A stretch of DNA of 64,000 bases from the NCBI GenBank assembly GCA_964035545.1, contig OZ037766.1, forward strand, positions 16,110,722 through 16,174,721, written 5' to 3'. Position 1 is the stretch's first letter. Every line of letters begins with the position of its first letter. The notes below the pieces were generated by a model, which ran no database searches, was not told the DNA's origin, and saw nothing but the letters and a program-made list of their open reading frames with translations. Of this stretch, positions 37,001 to 51,500 are shown one piece after another. A program made the translations under genes and the position numbers. Source of the DNA: Bugula neritina. Its lineage: Eukaryota > Animalia > Bryozoa.

Positions 37001-37913
37001 AATTGGAATTTTTTTCAGTCTTTTTACACTATAAATAATATCTTTCATAGGTTATCGGAATGTGTAGAGAAGAAAAGTCCGAGCAAGTGAGAAACTACGG
37101 AGCCGATTATATCATAGATTACCGATCAGAGAGTATAAGACAAGAAATAAAAAGTATTGCACCTTCAGGGGTCGACATTGTATTTGATGTTGTTGGAGGT
37201 GATGGTGCTATTGATCTAGTCAAAAGGTTAGTAATATGTTTTTATTAGTTTTTATGCACATATTGTGTTGAGTTACACATGTCGACTAATTTAACTTTTA
37301 TTTGACCCTACAGTTTCCAATCTATTAGAACATGTCTTCTTATTCAGCTTAGCTTTCGAAGGCCGATTCATCACCATAGGATACACTGCGGGCATTCCTA
37401 AGATACCAGCTAACATCCTCTTACTCAAATCTGCAAGTGTTTCCGGCCTGTGGTGGGGCAACACCATGCAGACAGCACCTGAGGTGTTCAAAGAGTCCGT
37501 CAACTCAATTATCAAGTTGTATCTTGATGGGAAAATAGACCCTTTGATCCAAGAAACTTTGCCGTTAGATCAGGTAGATTCCTATACAGCCTATATATAG
37601 TTTCTAAAATACACCATTTGATCTTTTCTACATTTTGTTAAGCTGATAATCAACTATTACAATTTTTTAGTTAGATAAATTTGTAGTTTAGAGGTTTAAG
37701 ACTTTAACTGTCGGAGAAGAATCTAATACTTGGTTTATTTAAGTTTTTTCACCAAGTAATTTTATTGCAATTTGTACTGGAAGTCATTTAAGTTTAATAT
37801 TATTCATATTTCAATTTCAATTTTATTGTTTTTGTGTTTATTTACAGGTGAATGAAGGTTTTACAAAGATGGGAGCTAGAGAAGTTGTGGGGAAACTGAT
37901 AATTGGCATGTAA
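34055..37913 (+). CDS. Quinone oxidoreductase-like protein (zeta-crystallin/MDR family), paralogue B
   Basis: Exons ~34415-34529, 34657-34753, 35130-35266, 36112-36236, 36657-36738, 37051-37226, 37348-37572 and 37848-37913 mirror the intron positions of paralogue A. Peptides VLVTGASGGVGLAAVELA and REVVGKLIIGM* (TAA 37911-37913). The first exon/ATG (34055) is tentative. Confidence 0.9.
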
Positions 37914-39589
37914 TAATTTTTTAATGAACGCATTTATCTATTTAAATTCTTAGTATATATATTTCTGATCTCTGTGTTTATAATTTAAAGCATTAGATGT
38001 TTTAACAAACTAGTTTTCACTTGCAAATTTTTTGCGTCTATAATGTTGTTATCCTTCGATTTACATGCAAGTTTGATTTAAATCATGAAGAAACTCGACT
38101 TGTTTAATGCTGTAGCTCTAATTATTTTTATGAATATATCCACAAATTTGTAATAAAACTCGTACATATTGCAGGATAAAACTAATCGAAAGATTCACTA
38201 CATGGTTTAGGTCGTTTGAATAGTAGTAATGTATTACAACAGCCATTGTGGCAGAAATACAAATTGTAAGACTGATTTAGCTTAAGAAGCAGTTAGGAAA
38301 GAAATTAGTTTTGCACTAAGTCTTTCTAGCTTTAAATTTTATTATCAAATTTTCAGCATAGATTTTTAGTTTAATTGTATAATACCTACTATATTACTCA
38401 CATCAATTATTATGCGATTATATCACTTATGGTGTTTGGCACTCGTGTTCTCAGCAGAAGACAACTCTTCATAGTGTCAATGTCTAATAACCAGCATAGT
38501 TTGCCCTACTTATTTTCAGTCTAGGTTTTATTGATCAATAACTATTTTTAAGAAAATGTGTTCATGTTGAAATAATTTTGCCAAATAATCTTTGCTTTTA
38601 AAGAAGATTGTTTTTTGTTAGTTTCTTTGGTTTGCAAGCGCGGATAATGGCTAATGGTTTCTGATCTTTCAGTAAAAAGCCCCCAAGTTTGTAAACTTTT
38701 AAACAAGGTAACTCTGCTTGGCTTAGAAAAAAAGCCTTTGTGAATCAAGGCAATTAATTAGCATGTGAGACGTTTGTCACATAATTGATTCTAAAGAATT
38801 TAAACACTGAATACACTATGTATAGGAAACAAAAAAACCAATCTTGCTCATTGCATTAGATTAGTTGCAACTTTTAAACATTTATATTTGTCATATTCTA
38901 TAAGATTATATAGTAGGTGTGGTCCAGGAATAATTTGATGAGTATTACTAAAAAATTTGTGATTTATAACCGCTGTATAAGTGATACAATAATAATAAAT
39001 AATATAACCGCCATAAAGACAACGTAAAGTAGAGCTTAGAGACTTAGGGGACTTTCGTCATGGGCCTGATATATATAAAATGGTATCAAATGTATATCAC
39101 TATGTTGACTACTAAAATTCAATGACACAACTGTTAGAAAAGTAACATTACATTATGCACCTGGGTTAAAATGAATGATTGAAAATTATTATCAAATATT
39201 GAACAACAAAATATTGGTAATAGACGTCAGCAGTAATATTAGCAAAGAGCTAGTAATTTGGTGAGCATGAGATTACAATATAAAAATGCGAACATTTCAA
39301 ATAGCATTATGTTTGTAGAAAAAATATATCATATTATAAAATAAGATAAAGCAATATGATAAAAACATAACTTGCAAAATTCTAGTTCTAAACATTATCT
39401 AGCATAATGGCACTGTGCAAAGTAACATGACTTGTCTAGTGGATAAAATAGATATAATACGGGTAACATGATTTGTCTATAGTGTATAGAACAACTGAGT
39501 ATATGAGTAACACAACTTCTCCAGTAGATTGAATAGCAGAATAAAACTTAACATGACATCAACAAAAGAAGATGTAAAAGTAATAAAAT

Positions 39590-42500
39590 TTAATTTCCTT
39601 CAGTTGACTCAGCTTTGGTTTCTGAACATTTGGGAGTATCAGAACATAAGTTAGCTGGGTCAACTTCTGGCGTAGCCAAATCACTGTTTATTACATCATT
39701 GACCTTTAAAGGCTGACCATCAGTATCATGGGTTGGCAATGCCACAGATGGTGTATTTTCAATACTTAATCTGTCAGTTTTATCAGCACAGAATTGTGGC
39801 CGAACAGAAAAAGGTACGAGAGCCATAGAATTGTCTACAGTATCTTTGGGTGGTGGGGAGTCTGGGTCTTCACCTCTTAAATCTTTTTCCATAACTTCAT
39901 GAAACTCACTAATTATTATCTCTAAAAGATCTTCACACAGTGACAGGGCCTACAAATGTAGATGCAAACAAAATAACACTGTATGAAGGGCCTTGTAAGG
40001 TGATGCTGTATACACAGCTACTAACTGAATGTCACTAAGCTAAACCTACAGAGTGTTTTTGTAACATGTAAACTAATTCATTTTCATCAAATAACATAAA
40101 TGTAACAGTTTTTGTCTGACCAATTGTTTACTTGATTAGTCATTGACTTGACTTGTTGTGATTTCAAGTCAGCTCTGTTAAATAAAGTATATAGAGTACA
40201 CAGATTATACACATTATATAGAGTTGTATATGTTGAGGAGCACATTTATGGTGTTTTTCCATAATATAATCATCAATAATGTTCACATAGTAACTTTGAA
40301 AAGTCTTGCATACAGATTTTGGTTAACATTATTGACAAACGAATAAAGATGAAACTTATAGTCAGAATAAGCAAAGCTCACATATTTTAAATTTTCAGCA
40401 ACTCAAACTAAACTACTTGGTTCTTTGAGGTTTAAAGGGTTTGATGTCTTACTGCATATGCCAGCATAACACTGTGTGCAGATGTATACTTGCCAACATA
40501 TCACTCACCTGGGCTGCCTTTTCAGCATCCGCTAACTCATGAGGAATTTTGGGAAAGCCAACATTACTGGGGTAAGTGAGTTGATCACACGAGCCAATCA
40601 GCTCCTGAAGCTGTTTGGCGTACTCGGACACGTGTCTGTTTCTCAGACTACTCGAGATTAGCTTCAGATCTGTTAAGTTTACTTTTTTCGAGTCCAGAGT
40701 GTAGCAAGCTGACTTGAGTGCTTTTTCAGCAGACTATGAAAAAACCAGAGCTTACAAGTATAGCATCACAGAGAGAATACACGGATAACATTATTGAGAG
40801 GATGTATACCATCATGGTAAACATGTATACCATAATGGTAAGCATATTATGAGCAAGCAATGCAGCAGAGTAGACACTGGGTGTTGATTATATTTGTGGC
40901 ACACAATTTAGCTAACTTATGTAAGGTACTATTTCCCATTCCATTTTTAACCCAGGGTTGTTCGTTATATACACTATTAAAACAAAACACTAATATCAAT
41001 TAGATCTAGATGCAGTACTGGAGATGCTGCAATAACATAAGTTTGTTATAAATTTTATTTCAGACTATAATCTTTTCAAAAACATAATTATCTTGCAACA
41101 CGTTTCTTGTATAAATCTAGAACACAGGCTTTTCCCAATTTCTCTATTACTGCACCTATCCTAATCATTGGTGACTAATGAATTGCTACAACGTAGAATA
41201 GAGATATTAATCTCACTGTCTCTATTATTAAATATATATACCTTCTACTGTAGCATTAACTATGTACCCACCAAAAGTAACGAATTATTGAATAACTAAA
41301 CAGCGACCAGGAAATACTGCTAACATCTGATGAATGGCAATTAGTCAGTGACGTATACTAAATACTGTTAACTCATAACTACTCCGTAATTACTACTGCA
41401 CTAAGTAATAACTGAGCACTAGCCAATGAATACTACTGTCTGATGAGCAAATGAACAGACAGACACTCACCTGATATACTTTCAGCAGCACCCACTCATA
41501 AGCCGCTGTCTCTCCTTCCATGTCATTGTATGCTGACTGCATGTCAGCCTTAGCCTGTCTCAGCCACCGCCTCGCCTCTGCTGGAACTGGGTTCCTCTTC
41601 TCAGGAGCTTTGAACTGCTCAAACTTCTGACGACTAGCTGTGGCATCGTAACCTGAGGCAAACTCAGGGCTAAAATTAAGATATATATTCTGAAATATTA
41701 ACTGTGGGAAAATTGAGTGACGGCTACATCTACACCTGTAAATTAGCTAGCAGTGAAACATGAAGAAAAATGAGTTAGAAAACAGTATGTCCTTTCCACA
41801 GTGTGTCACAAGTTAGTGTGTCACAAGTTAGTGTGTCACAAGTTGCTCATCGATATGCTTCACTATGCCACACTGCCAGGTTGAAACAAACACTCTGTTA
41901 TACTTACAGCGAGTTACTGGTACAGTGAGTTACTAGTACAGTGAGTTACTAGTACAGTGATTTACCTGCGTTGTATAGTAACAATACAAGATTTACCCTA
42001 AAGTTGAAGCATATTGAGCAAAGGTTTCCTTCAGTTTCTCTTCAAAGTTTGTCTTCTGTTCGCCGTAAGTTTTAGCTCGGCGGTTTATAAACTCTGACCA
42101 CCAGTCGGCTCTGTTTTCCTTGTCAGCAACGAAACCGCCACCTTCAATGTCTTCTATAATCACTCGGATATTCTATAATTAAAAGGCATATTTCATAGTA
42201 AAACGGTATTGAAAACACCAACTCAGACAAAGTTACATTAGGTAAATTTATTTTTAGTATCAATTACTTTGCACAGACTTAGATGGTTTTTAAAGTTAAA
42301 ATTTGCTTCTAACGCAGCATGCTACTGTGCAAGACAGAGACACTAGTAGGCACTAGTAGTGCACACTTTACAGTTACCAAGGTAACATGTTCACAAACAA
42401 TTTATTTAACAGGCATAGCTGTGTGCAAATTAGACAGTTTCAAAAAGATGTATGCGTCTTTATAATATAATTTAGTTAAAAAATTAAAAAAGGTAGCTTG

Positions 42501-45500
42501 GCACAGGGAACAATTCTGCTGAGTTTCCTTGTATTCTAAAAACTGCTTGTTCAGATTTTAAACAAATATACACACAACCAAGAATATATAACAATACAAT
42601 AAATAGTTCAATTGCATATACTATGACAAACCTGGGTCAATTTGGTGCACAGCTCATTTTTCTCTGGATTTTTGTCAGGGTGAAACTTAAGCATGAGACG
42701 CTTGATAGCTTTTTTCCTCTGATCGTCTGGAAGCTTCCATATAGCTCTCACCTACAGCAACAGCACAGGTCAAACTGCTGGTCATGTGACATTAACTTCA
42801 ATATAGCAGCTAGCTTAAACTGTGTCCCTTTCCATAAACAAACTTTTAACCACTGTTACACCAATATGCTTAATAAAACAGTTCTCAACAATGCTATAGC
42901 ATTATTAAAAAGTTTATACTTTAAATTAAAGTACTTTCAGGAATCCTATGGTCTACACGCTGGGCACCTACTATAAATAAGCAGCAAATAATTGGGTGAT
43001 GGCAGAAGTTATACACATCATGACGCCATTGTTTTAATTGACTGTGAGCTATGGAACAGTTGGCCATCCCTGCATATACCCAGAGTACTGCAGTACTGAA
43101 CACAACAGCCAAGAGTTGAGGCAGTGCGGCTCTAAGGCTAAGAAATATGCATACTAACCAATTATCATACCACAAAGTTTTGAATCTGATTTATTAGCTG
43201 GCAACAACCAGCTCGACATTGGCTCTCTAGAGTGCACTAGTACACTACCTTCAACTTTAGCTATATGAAGCTATACTTGTATATAGAAATAAAGAACTTA
43301 GAGATTCACCACAAACATACATGAGGTGTTGAAAGTTTTACTCTGGTCAGTGTAAAACTTAGCTGCAAAGAGCTTTACCATGAATTTAGGCTGATACTGT
43401 TAGGTCGGTAACAGACTTTGATAAAATCAGTAAATTGTTGAGAATAATGCACACCTGCTTGTTCAACAACCTTTCCAATTCAGGTAAATTCTTTTCTGAA
43501 ATCTCAGGAAAGTCTATATGTGTATTTGCAGTAGCTGCTGCGCTTGGACTGTCTGTTGTATCCTGAGGTCTTTTCTTCTCTGCATCTCTTGGCAAATCCT
43601 TCGGCGTTGGCTCAGCACTATAAACATGATAATAATAAGTCACTGAGCATAGATACATGACGTTCAGCTTACAGAGTACTTAGTCTATGTAGCTCTGAAT
43701 GATACTCACTTCTCTGCTTCCTCCGTTAGTTCCGGACTTGGCTCTAATACATCATCAGTTGCTTCCACTTCTTCTGGGCCGGTGGTGCTTTCTTCAACCA
43801 TCTACATAACATCCCAATGTAGTATTTACCAGCAACAAGTTTACTACCACTTCTGTATCTGGTATTACAGCATACTACACACACTGCACCACATAATGCT
43901 GCTACATGTCATATGAATACAACTCATATTTGAACTCACCTGCACTTCACTGTCTTCACTTGTGTTCTCTTCATTTATATCTAGAAAAGAGAAGCATTTG
44001 TTATTACAACTGATCTATACTATGTTGTATGTTAGTCACATGACACTAGAGACGTACAGTACTATGTTGTATATCAGTCACATGACACTAGAGGCATACA
44101 GTACTATGTTGTATATCAGTCACATGACACTAGAGACGTACAATACTATGTTGTATGTTAGTCACGTGACACTAGAGACGTACAGTACTATGTTGTATAT
44201 TAGTCACATGGCACTAGAGACGTACAGTACTATGTTGTATATCAGTCACATGACACTAGAGGCATACAGTACTATGTTGTATGTTAGTCACATGGCACTA
44301 GAGACATACAGTACTATGTTGTATGTTAGTCACATGACACTAGAGACGTACAGTACTATGTTGTATGTTAGTCACATGACACTAGAGACGTACAGTACTA
44401 TGTTGTATATTAGTCACATGACACTAGAGACATACAGTACTATGTTGTATAGAGCTACATACCATCTAAACAGTGATCAGCTGACTCCAGAATTTCACCC
44501 TCTTCATCTACAACATTATATAAGATTATGAGATGCTGTCGAAATAGCAGGTACATGCCAAGTGAATAAGTACTAACTGTATTACTATATACTATGAGTG
44601 GAGAGTCAGTATTGAGCTTATATACAAATATTGTACAGTAAACATACATAGTAAGCAGTATATATATATACTAATACTCAGGTACCTATCGCCTCCTCTA
44701 CAGTGACAACACCTGGCTCTAACTCAGTCATCACAGACTGTGAGCCTGGACTGAGTAGCAGGTAGTCTCCCGTCTCCGTCTGAGTGAAGCTGACATCATG
44801 GTAAACATCACTACAACACAAGTCACACATTGTTGACTACAGATACTGCTGTAAGGAAATCTGATTATTCTACACTTTACTCTAACGCAAATAGCTTTAG
44901 CCCACCTTGATAGATAGTATATAGTGTCAGCTCACCTTGCCAAGCTGTTTAGTGACAGTTGCCTTGATCTCTTCTTCTCAATAACTCTATGTAGCCGGTA
45001 GAGATCGAGGGAAGAGACAATGATAGGCAGTGTATCATCACCCACATTAATCCTGTACCTATCAAAGAACTGCTGGGTGTTTCTGTCATACTTTGCGCAC
45101 TCGACCTAAAAATACAAAAATGATTGCAAGTCAATAATGTCTAAGAAATTTCATATAAGCGGGTAGCTCAGAAATGTGTCAGTATACTGTGTAGGTGTCA
45201 GTACACTGTGTAGGTGTCATCACACTGTGTAGGTGTCAGTATACTGTGTAGGTGTCAGCACACTGTGTAGGTGTCAGTACACTGTGTAGGTGTCAGTATA
45301 CTGTGTACGTGTCAGTATACTGTGTACGTGTCAATATACTGTGCAGGTGTCAGTATAATGTGTACATGTCAGTATACTGTGTAGGTGTCAGTATAATGTG
45401 TAGGTGTCAGCACACTGTGTAGGTGTCAGTATACTGTGTAGGTGTCAGTATAATGTGTAGGTGTCAGTACATTGTGTAGGTGTCATCACACTGTGTAGGT

Positions 45501-48500
45501 GTCAGTATACTGTGTAGGTGTCAGTATACTGTGTAGGTGTCAGCACACTGTGTAGGTGTCAGTACACTGTGTAGGTGTCAGTATACTGTGTAGGTGTCAG
45601 TATAATGTGTAGGTGTCAGTACACTGTGTAGGTGTCATCACACTGTGTAGGTGTCAGTATACTGAGTAGGTGTCAGTATACTGTGTAGGTGTCAGTATAC
45701 TGTGTAGGTGTCAGCACACTGTGTAGGTGTCAGTACACTGTGTAGGTGTCAGTATACTGTGTACGTGTCAGTATACTGTGTACGTGTCAATATACTGTGC
45801 AGGTGTCAGTATAATGTGTACGTGTCAGTATACTGTGTAGGTGTCAGTATACTGTGTAGGTGTCAGCATATAATACTAATATTCACTAACCGGCAGCTTC
45901 TCCAACACTATAGCATAGATATAAGTAGCTGAGCCACTTTGATTGTACATCTCAGGGTCATCCAGTTCATAGCCTACATATTCATCCACTTCAAATCGCA
46001 CAAAGTCTTGTCTCAGAAGATGGTGCATATAGATAGGTATGAAACTACCGGGTGGTTGCAGTGTAGGACCATGGGCTACAAAACACACACAGCATGAAGA
46101 TGCTAATAGTTCAACAGGTCAAGGACATTGTGCTGCTGATGTTGGTTAACTAGGATGCTACCTGTATGATGATCCTGGCGAATGCGTAGATTATCCAACA
46201 CCACAGGTATTTCATAAGACGCACAGCTCAGTATAGGGTGCAGGTAGATGATAGAATTGTGAAGCAGTCCCCCAGCTATTTTGTTAACAATCTCTGCTAC
46301 TTTCACTAAGAGTTCTGGAGTTATCTCTCCATCTTGCAGTACATACAGGCTCCAGTTGGTAGTGTCGTTAGCATCACAACTCTACAAGAGCGTTTCAATC
46401 TTGAAAAACATATAAATAGTTGGAGATTTTCAGTAAAGGTCAATTTGAAGTGAAATTAACATATACAAAAACAAGGGTAATGCTACAAGTATTACAACTT
46501 TATTAAAGATATTTAAAATACGACATATAGACATTATTCAAAAAATTATAAGTTGAATAAAGGCGGAATAGTTTAAACTACTGATATTATGGCACCCCAT
46601 ACCTTAGTAACAAAGCACTGAGCATTTCTCTCAGAGCCCTCCACCTTGCTCCCGTTATACTTGAGATACGTGACCAGTTCTTCCACAGCGTGAACTCGCA
46701 CATTCTTCAAGGACTTTTGAATAGCCTTGAGAGCTGTAGCCTTAGGCTTCTCAGCCCTTTCCATGTGATCATGTCTGATGAGCCTTAGAATACCAGCTGT
46801 GAACTCTGTAGAAGTCAGTCTACTTCTCAGAATTTGGGCTGTCCCATAGGATGACTAATCAAAACAGTGAGAAACTGCAGGCGTCAACATAGTCAATGTG
46901 AACAGAATAAAAACGTAACGAACCAATGACACTATAGTTTAACGATTTCCTTATGACTACACGAATGAATACCTTTGGACGAATACTTCATTTTCACTAA
47001 AAATTGGTACACTTCTTGCATTATTGTAATATAAACTGTATGTAAGCAAACTGTGATAGAAGCCTTCTAATACATTGACATTGTCTGCTGCTACCATGCA
47101 ACGCCAAACTGAGAAGCCCCAGTACAACACTTACGTGACATTCAACACATCGCTCAGCCAGGCATTCTTCCACGAGCTCACTCAACATCTGAGGACACGA
47201 CTCCTCAGAAAGTTTTCTAGTTATTTCATGGAAGTAGCTAATCTGCAGTTTACACTCTCTAAGGTCAACTAAGAAAGGCAGATCTACGTTGACTAGTCGG
47301 TCTGTATACGACGGCTCATCATTGTATACAAGGTAGTTAGCTGGTGCCAAGCAAGCATCCTACAAGGTGAAGGTCATGATACACAATGTGAAGGTCACAG
47401 TATAAAAAAACTTTGTTTGTTGCAGATGAGAATATTCATATATTTAAAATTTATAAAAATATCATTATTCAGTGCAACCATATGTGTTAAAAGTCAACAC
47501 AAGTTTGAAAATTTTGGTAAATGTTGCACTTGTATTTAATCACATCAATAGTGGGACATCAAAGAAGGTGAGAAAGAGGGAGCAGGTGTAGGCAGGTAAT
47601 TGTTTTACATTGAAGTACATATGTCACATGACTTGCAGGTAAGCAATTCATTGTTGTGAATATCTAACCTGTCCAGGGAGATAGAGACCGTCAATATTAG
47701 CCTCAGAGCAATCAGCTTTGGAAAGCAATGAGAACAATCCTTTTACTGCCCGGTACGCACAACGCAGACTGTTTGGATGAAGAACTTCAGCTAAATGGAA
47801 ATAGTACAAATTTTTAGAGTGATACACTAGCAGTAATTATATATTTGCTGTATAATGAATGTAAAACCACAATACAGTACAACTCAACACTGACACAATA
47901 CATCAGTATATACCAACATAACTAGCTAACTACCAACTATGCTTATCTAGCTCTAGCAGGTTATGAACTGTGACAGGTTATGAACTGTGAGCAACTAGTT
48001 GTTCACTGTGACTGATTACTAACAGTGAGTAACTAGTTACCAACTGTGACTAACCAGTTACTAACTGTGAGTAACTAGTTACCCACAGTTAGTAACTATT
48101 ACTAACTGTGAGTAACCAGTTGTTCACTGTGACTGATTACCAACTGTGGCAGGTTACTAACTGTGGGTAACTAGTCACGAACTGTGAGTAACTAGTTACT
48201 AACTGTGGGTAACTGAAATGCGTAGTGACAAACAGACTCACCATGATTCTCAACATAAAGCTGGTTGAGTACTGCAGAGTACTGCAATGGTGTGGCTCTT
48301 TCACTGGCCCCAAGGTACCTGGAAACACAGCAACACATGAGATTATGAGACTGAATGTAGAGCTGGTATCACGTAGGAATTGCATAAAATAAATTATCAC
48401 TGACATGTTGGTAGATCCCATTAGTGCTGAACCTGTCAAGTAAGCATAACTGAAAGCATACAGCGAATGAATATTTATCATACCTGAAAAGAGAGTTGAA

Positions 48501-51500
48501 GTTGGAGAGCGAAGTAGGCACTTTGTAAAGGTAGGGTTTGATTTGCTGTTCGTCGTACAAGCTGAGTACAAGCTGGCTGGCTTTGATCAGTACACTCTTT
48601 CCATCTGCAAACAAATATTAGCAAACGAGTTTTTATAAATAAGCTGCAGCACACGAAACACCACTTTTAAACAGAGTAGATGGCTGCTGGCAAGTTGCAA
48701 TATAAAATTAAAATACATCTATAAGTATAAAGGGGTATATTAGCCAATCAGCACACGGCTAAATGCAGCACTGACCAATCAGAACACAATTGGTATCTTC
48801 TAGCTCTTCTGCGACAAAGTTATCATCCATGGCGTAGAGTTGGAGGTATTTATAGATGGTAGTCATGACATGACGTAACAGCTCTAGCTTCTCTTCAGCC
48901 AACATGTGAGATTCTTCTGCAATGCAGTCGCTTATATTCTTGACGTGAGCCACCATTTCCTGTTTAGATGGGCGGGGCTTAATACCTATAACAGAGAATG
49001 AAACTTAAAACAGAGGTAATGTACTTCTAATGCACACTTTTAATAAAAATAGAGCTATAGTGCACGATAAGCAGAAAACAATGCAGAGTAATATATTATT
49101 GAACTCAGAATGTGCTGCGCACATCATTATTATACAAACATGTGAAAACACAAGCATTTAGACAATAATAAAGTGGAATATACTCAAATATTAACCTAAA
49201 TGCCTTGCAACTTCCTGTTTGTATACTTCTAGTGAGCTGAGGGCGTCGTCATCGTGATAGTCAAAGTTGACTTCGGAAGACTTCAGGTTAGTAGGATCAG
49301 CCCAGTGTGGTATGAAATATGCACTAGACCAGCAACTTTCAATGTTCTCCTAGTAAAGATATGATACTCATCAACTAACACCAAACATAGTAAGTATGCA
49401 TTGGATAGTAAGCATATATTATATTACTAGAATATATTAAAGTAAGTATTACGTACTTTATTCTCACAAATTGCATCAGCAAATGGTATAAAAATGACTT
49501 CTTTATCAACAAATCCAGACTGAGGGCATATGTCGTAGTACCTGAAATAGAACACTCATGTTACCAATATTAACTGTACATATTTTATAAGTTGACTTAT
49601 TAGTAGATACTTTACATTCACACATAGCACGTTAAAAAGCAAAAATCAAAAACACAGTTGCTAGTTGGCCTTTTTTGCAGTTTCTTGTGTCTGAATAATA
49701 ATGAAGTAGCAAAGAATAACCAGCAAGTAGATGTTAGGTTTGGTACTTTATTTTGTGACAAGAACAGAAAGAAAGCAGACATATTTTTGACTTGGTAAAG
49801 ACGCTTGGACGCTGTACAGTCATTTAGCTAATTATTTTAGCCTATCAATGCTTTGTATGATGATGTAAGCTGACACACGTACTTAGAGTTGACTCTGGTG
49901 GCACAAATAAACGGTATGGATTTGATTCTACCCAGCAGGCTGTCATTACTTGCCAAGTTCATAGTCTTGAACAGCTCCTGCACCAACACCTTCGACTTCT
50001 CTTCTAATTCACTCTGTGTACAAAATACAGGTAAACTCAAAGAAAATATACTCACTGTGTAGTTACAGACCTCACTTTCAGCCTGGAAAGTTGGTTAGTC
50101 ATAAGACTATCTATGAGGTCACATAGCTAGTTACGAGGTAATACAACTAGGTACGAGATCATAGAACTAGGTATGATATCATATAGCTAGGTACGAGGTC
50201 ATGTAGCTAGGTACTAGGCCATATAGCTAAGTATGAGGCTGCAAGATTAATTCTGAAGTCCTAAAGATAATTGTGAGGTCACAAGGCTATGCTATAAAAT
50301 GGAGAGGCAGTGAGGTTATAAAGCTAGCAGTAAGGACTTGATGCTATCACACATAAGCTTTACAAAACAGAAACACAGAAGACAACACAATGCGTGCAAC
50401 CTGTGAGTTCTAGAGTTGAGAGTGATACACACAAACATGGCAGACATTAGTAGACAACGTGGGAATTAATGTAACGCATTATCTAGCATTAAACTACAGG
50501 TGGTGAGGATGAGGAATGATATAAAATGATATATTTGTGCCACATGTTAGGATAGTGAGTTGTAAGCTATATGTTGTGTAATGGCTGGTGAAGTAACAAC
50601 AATGAATGTGAAGGGTCCAGTTAATACATTGTACTACAGTCAATAAACTATACTACAGTTGATACACTATACTATAGTTGATACACTATACTATAGTTGA
50701 TACACTATACTATAGTTGATACACTATACTGCAGTTGATACACTATACTATAGTTGATACACTATACTATAGTTGATACACTATACTATAGTTGATACAC
50801 TATACTGCAGTTGATACACTATACTATAGTTGATACACTATACTATAGTTGATACACTTTATTACAGCCAATACACTACACAATATACTACAGTCGATAC
50901 ATTGTACTACAGTTAATATATTGTACTACAGTCAATACACTTTACTACAGCCGACACATTTAACACTGATGAGAAGCAGGTTGTGATCACACATAGAGGT
51001 GGCTGTGCTGGCAGAGAGAGAATATTATGTGCACGAGAATACCTACCACCACTCTACTCCTTAGACATAGTCTGTTCTCCTTCAATATCAACCATTCACA
51101 TCAGCATACATTAATAACAGATATTTAAAATATCAAAATAGACATATGAAATGATCTCTCTTAGTAAATCATACACTACAGAGTAAATGCCTACCTTGAG
51201 CTCTTCATTTCTAGCAGACTCAGCAATTTGCTGAGCAAACTCAACAAACTTGTCTTCACTGACGATAGAGTTGAGGCCAATAATTTGTAAGAACCTAGTC
51301 TATAATCAGAAAGTGTTAGTCAGGACAAATGTACACTGGCACTAGTAAACATGTAGATACGGCACTGAGTTACCTAAGAATACCACAAAGAAACTAATTT
51401 ATAGTCTACCAACTATAATACTAAGACTAAATAGTAAATACTATTAATTTTCAGCCTTTAGCTGCATACAAGGTTAAAGTGAATTCCTTTCTCCTGATAA

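Noticed and set aside
43962-44531. 189-aa + strand ORF with 14-aa repeats ([14 protein letters not shown])
   Set aside because: It is the translation of the 42-bp intronic minisatellite, antisense to sacsin; a stop-free frame follows automatically from a unit length divisible by 3.
45178-45868. Regular short repeats resembling a CRISPR array (also 44.0 and 50.7 kb)
   Set aside because: Units are directly adjacent with no unique spacers, there are no cas genes, and the context is a eukaryotic intron.
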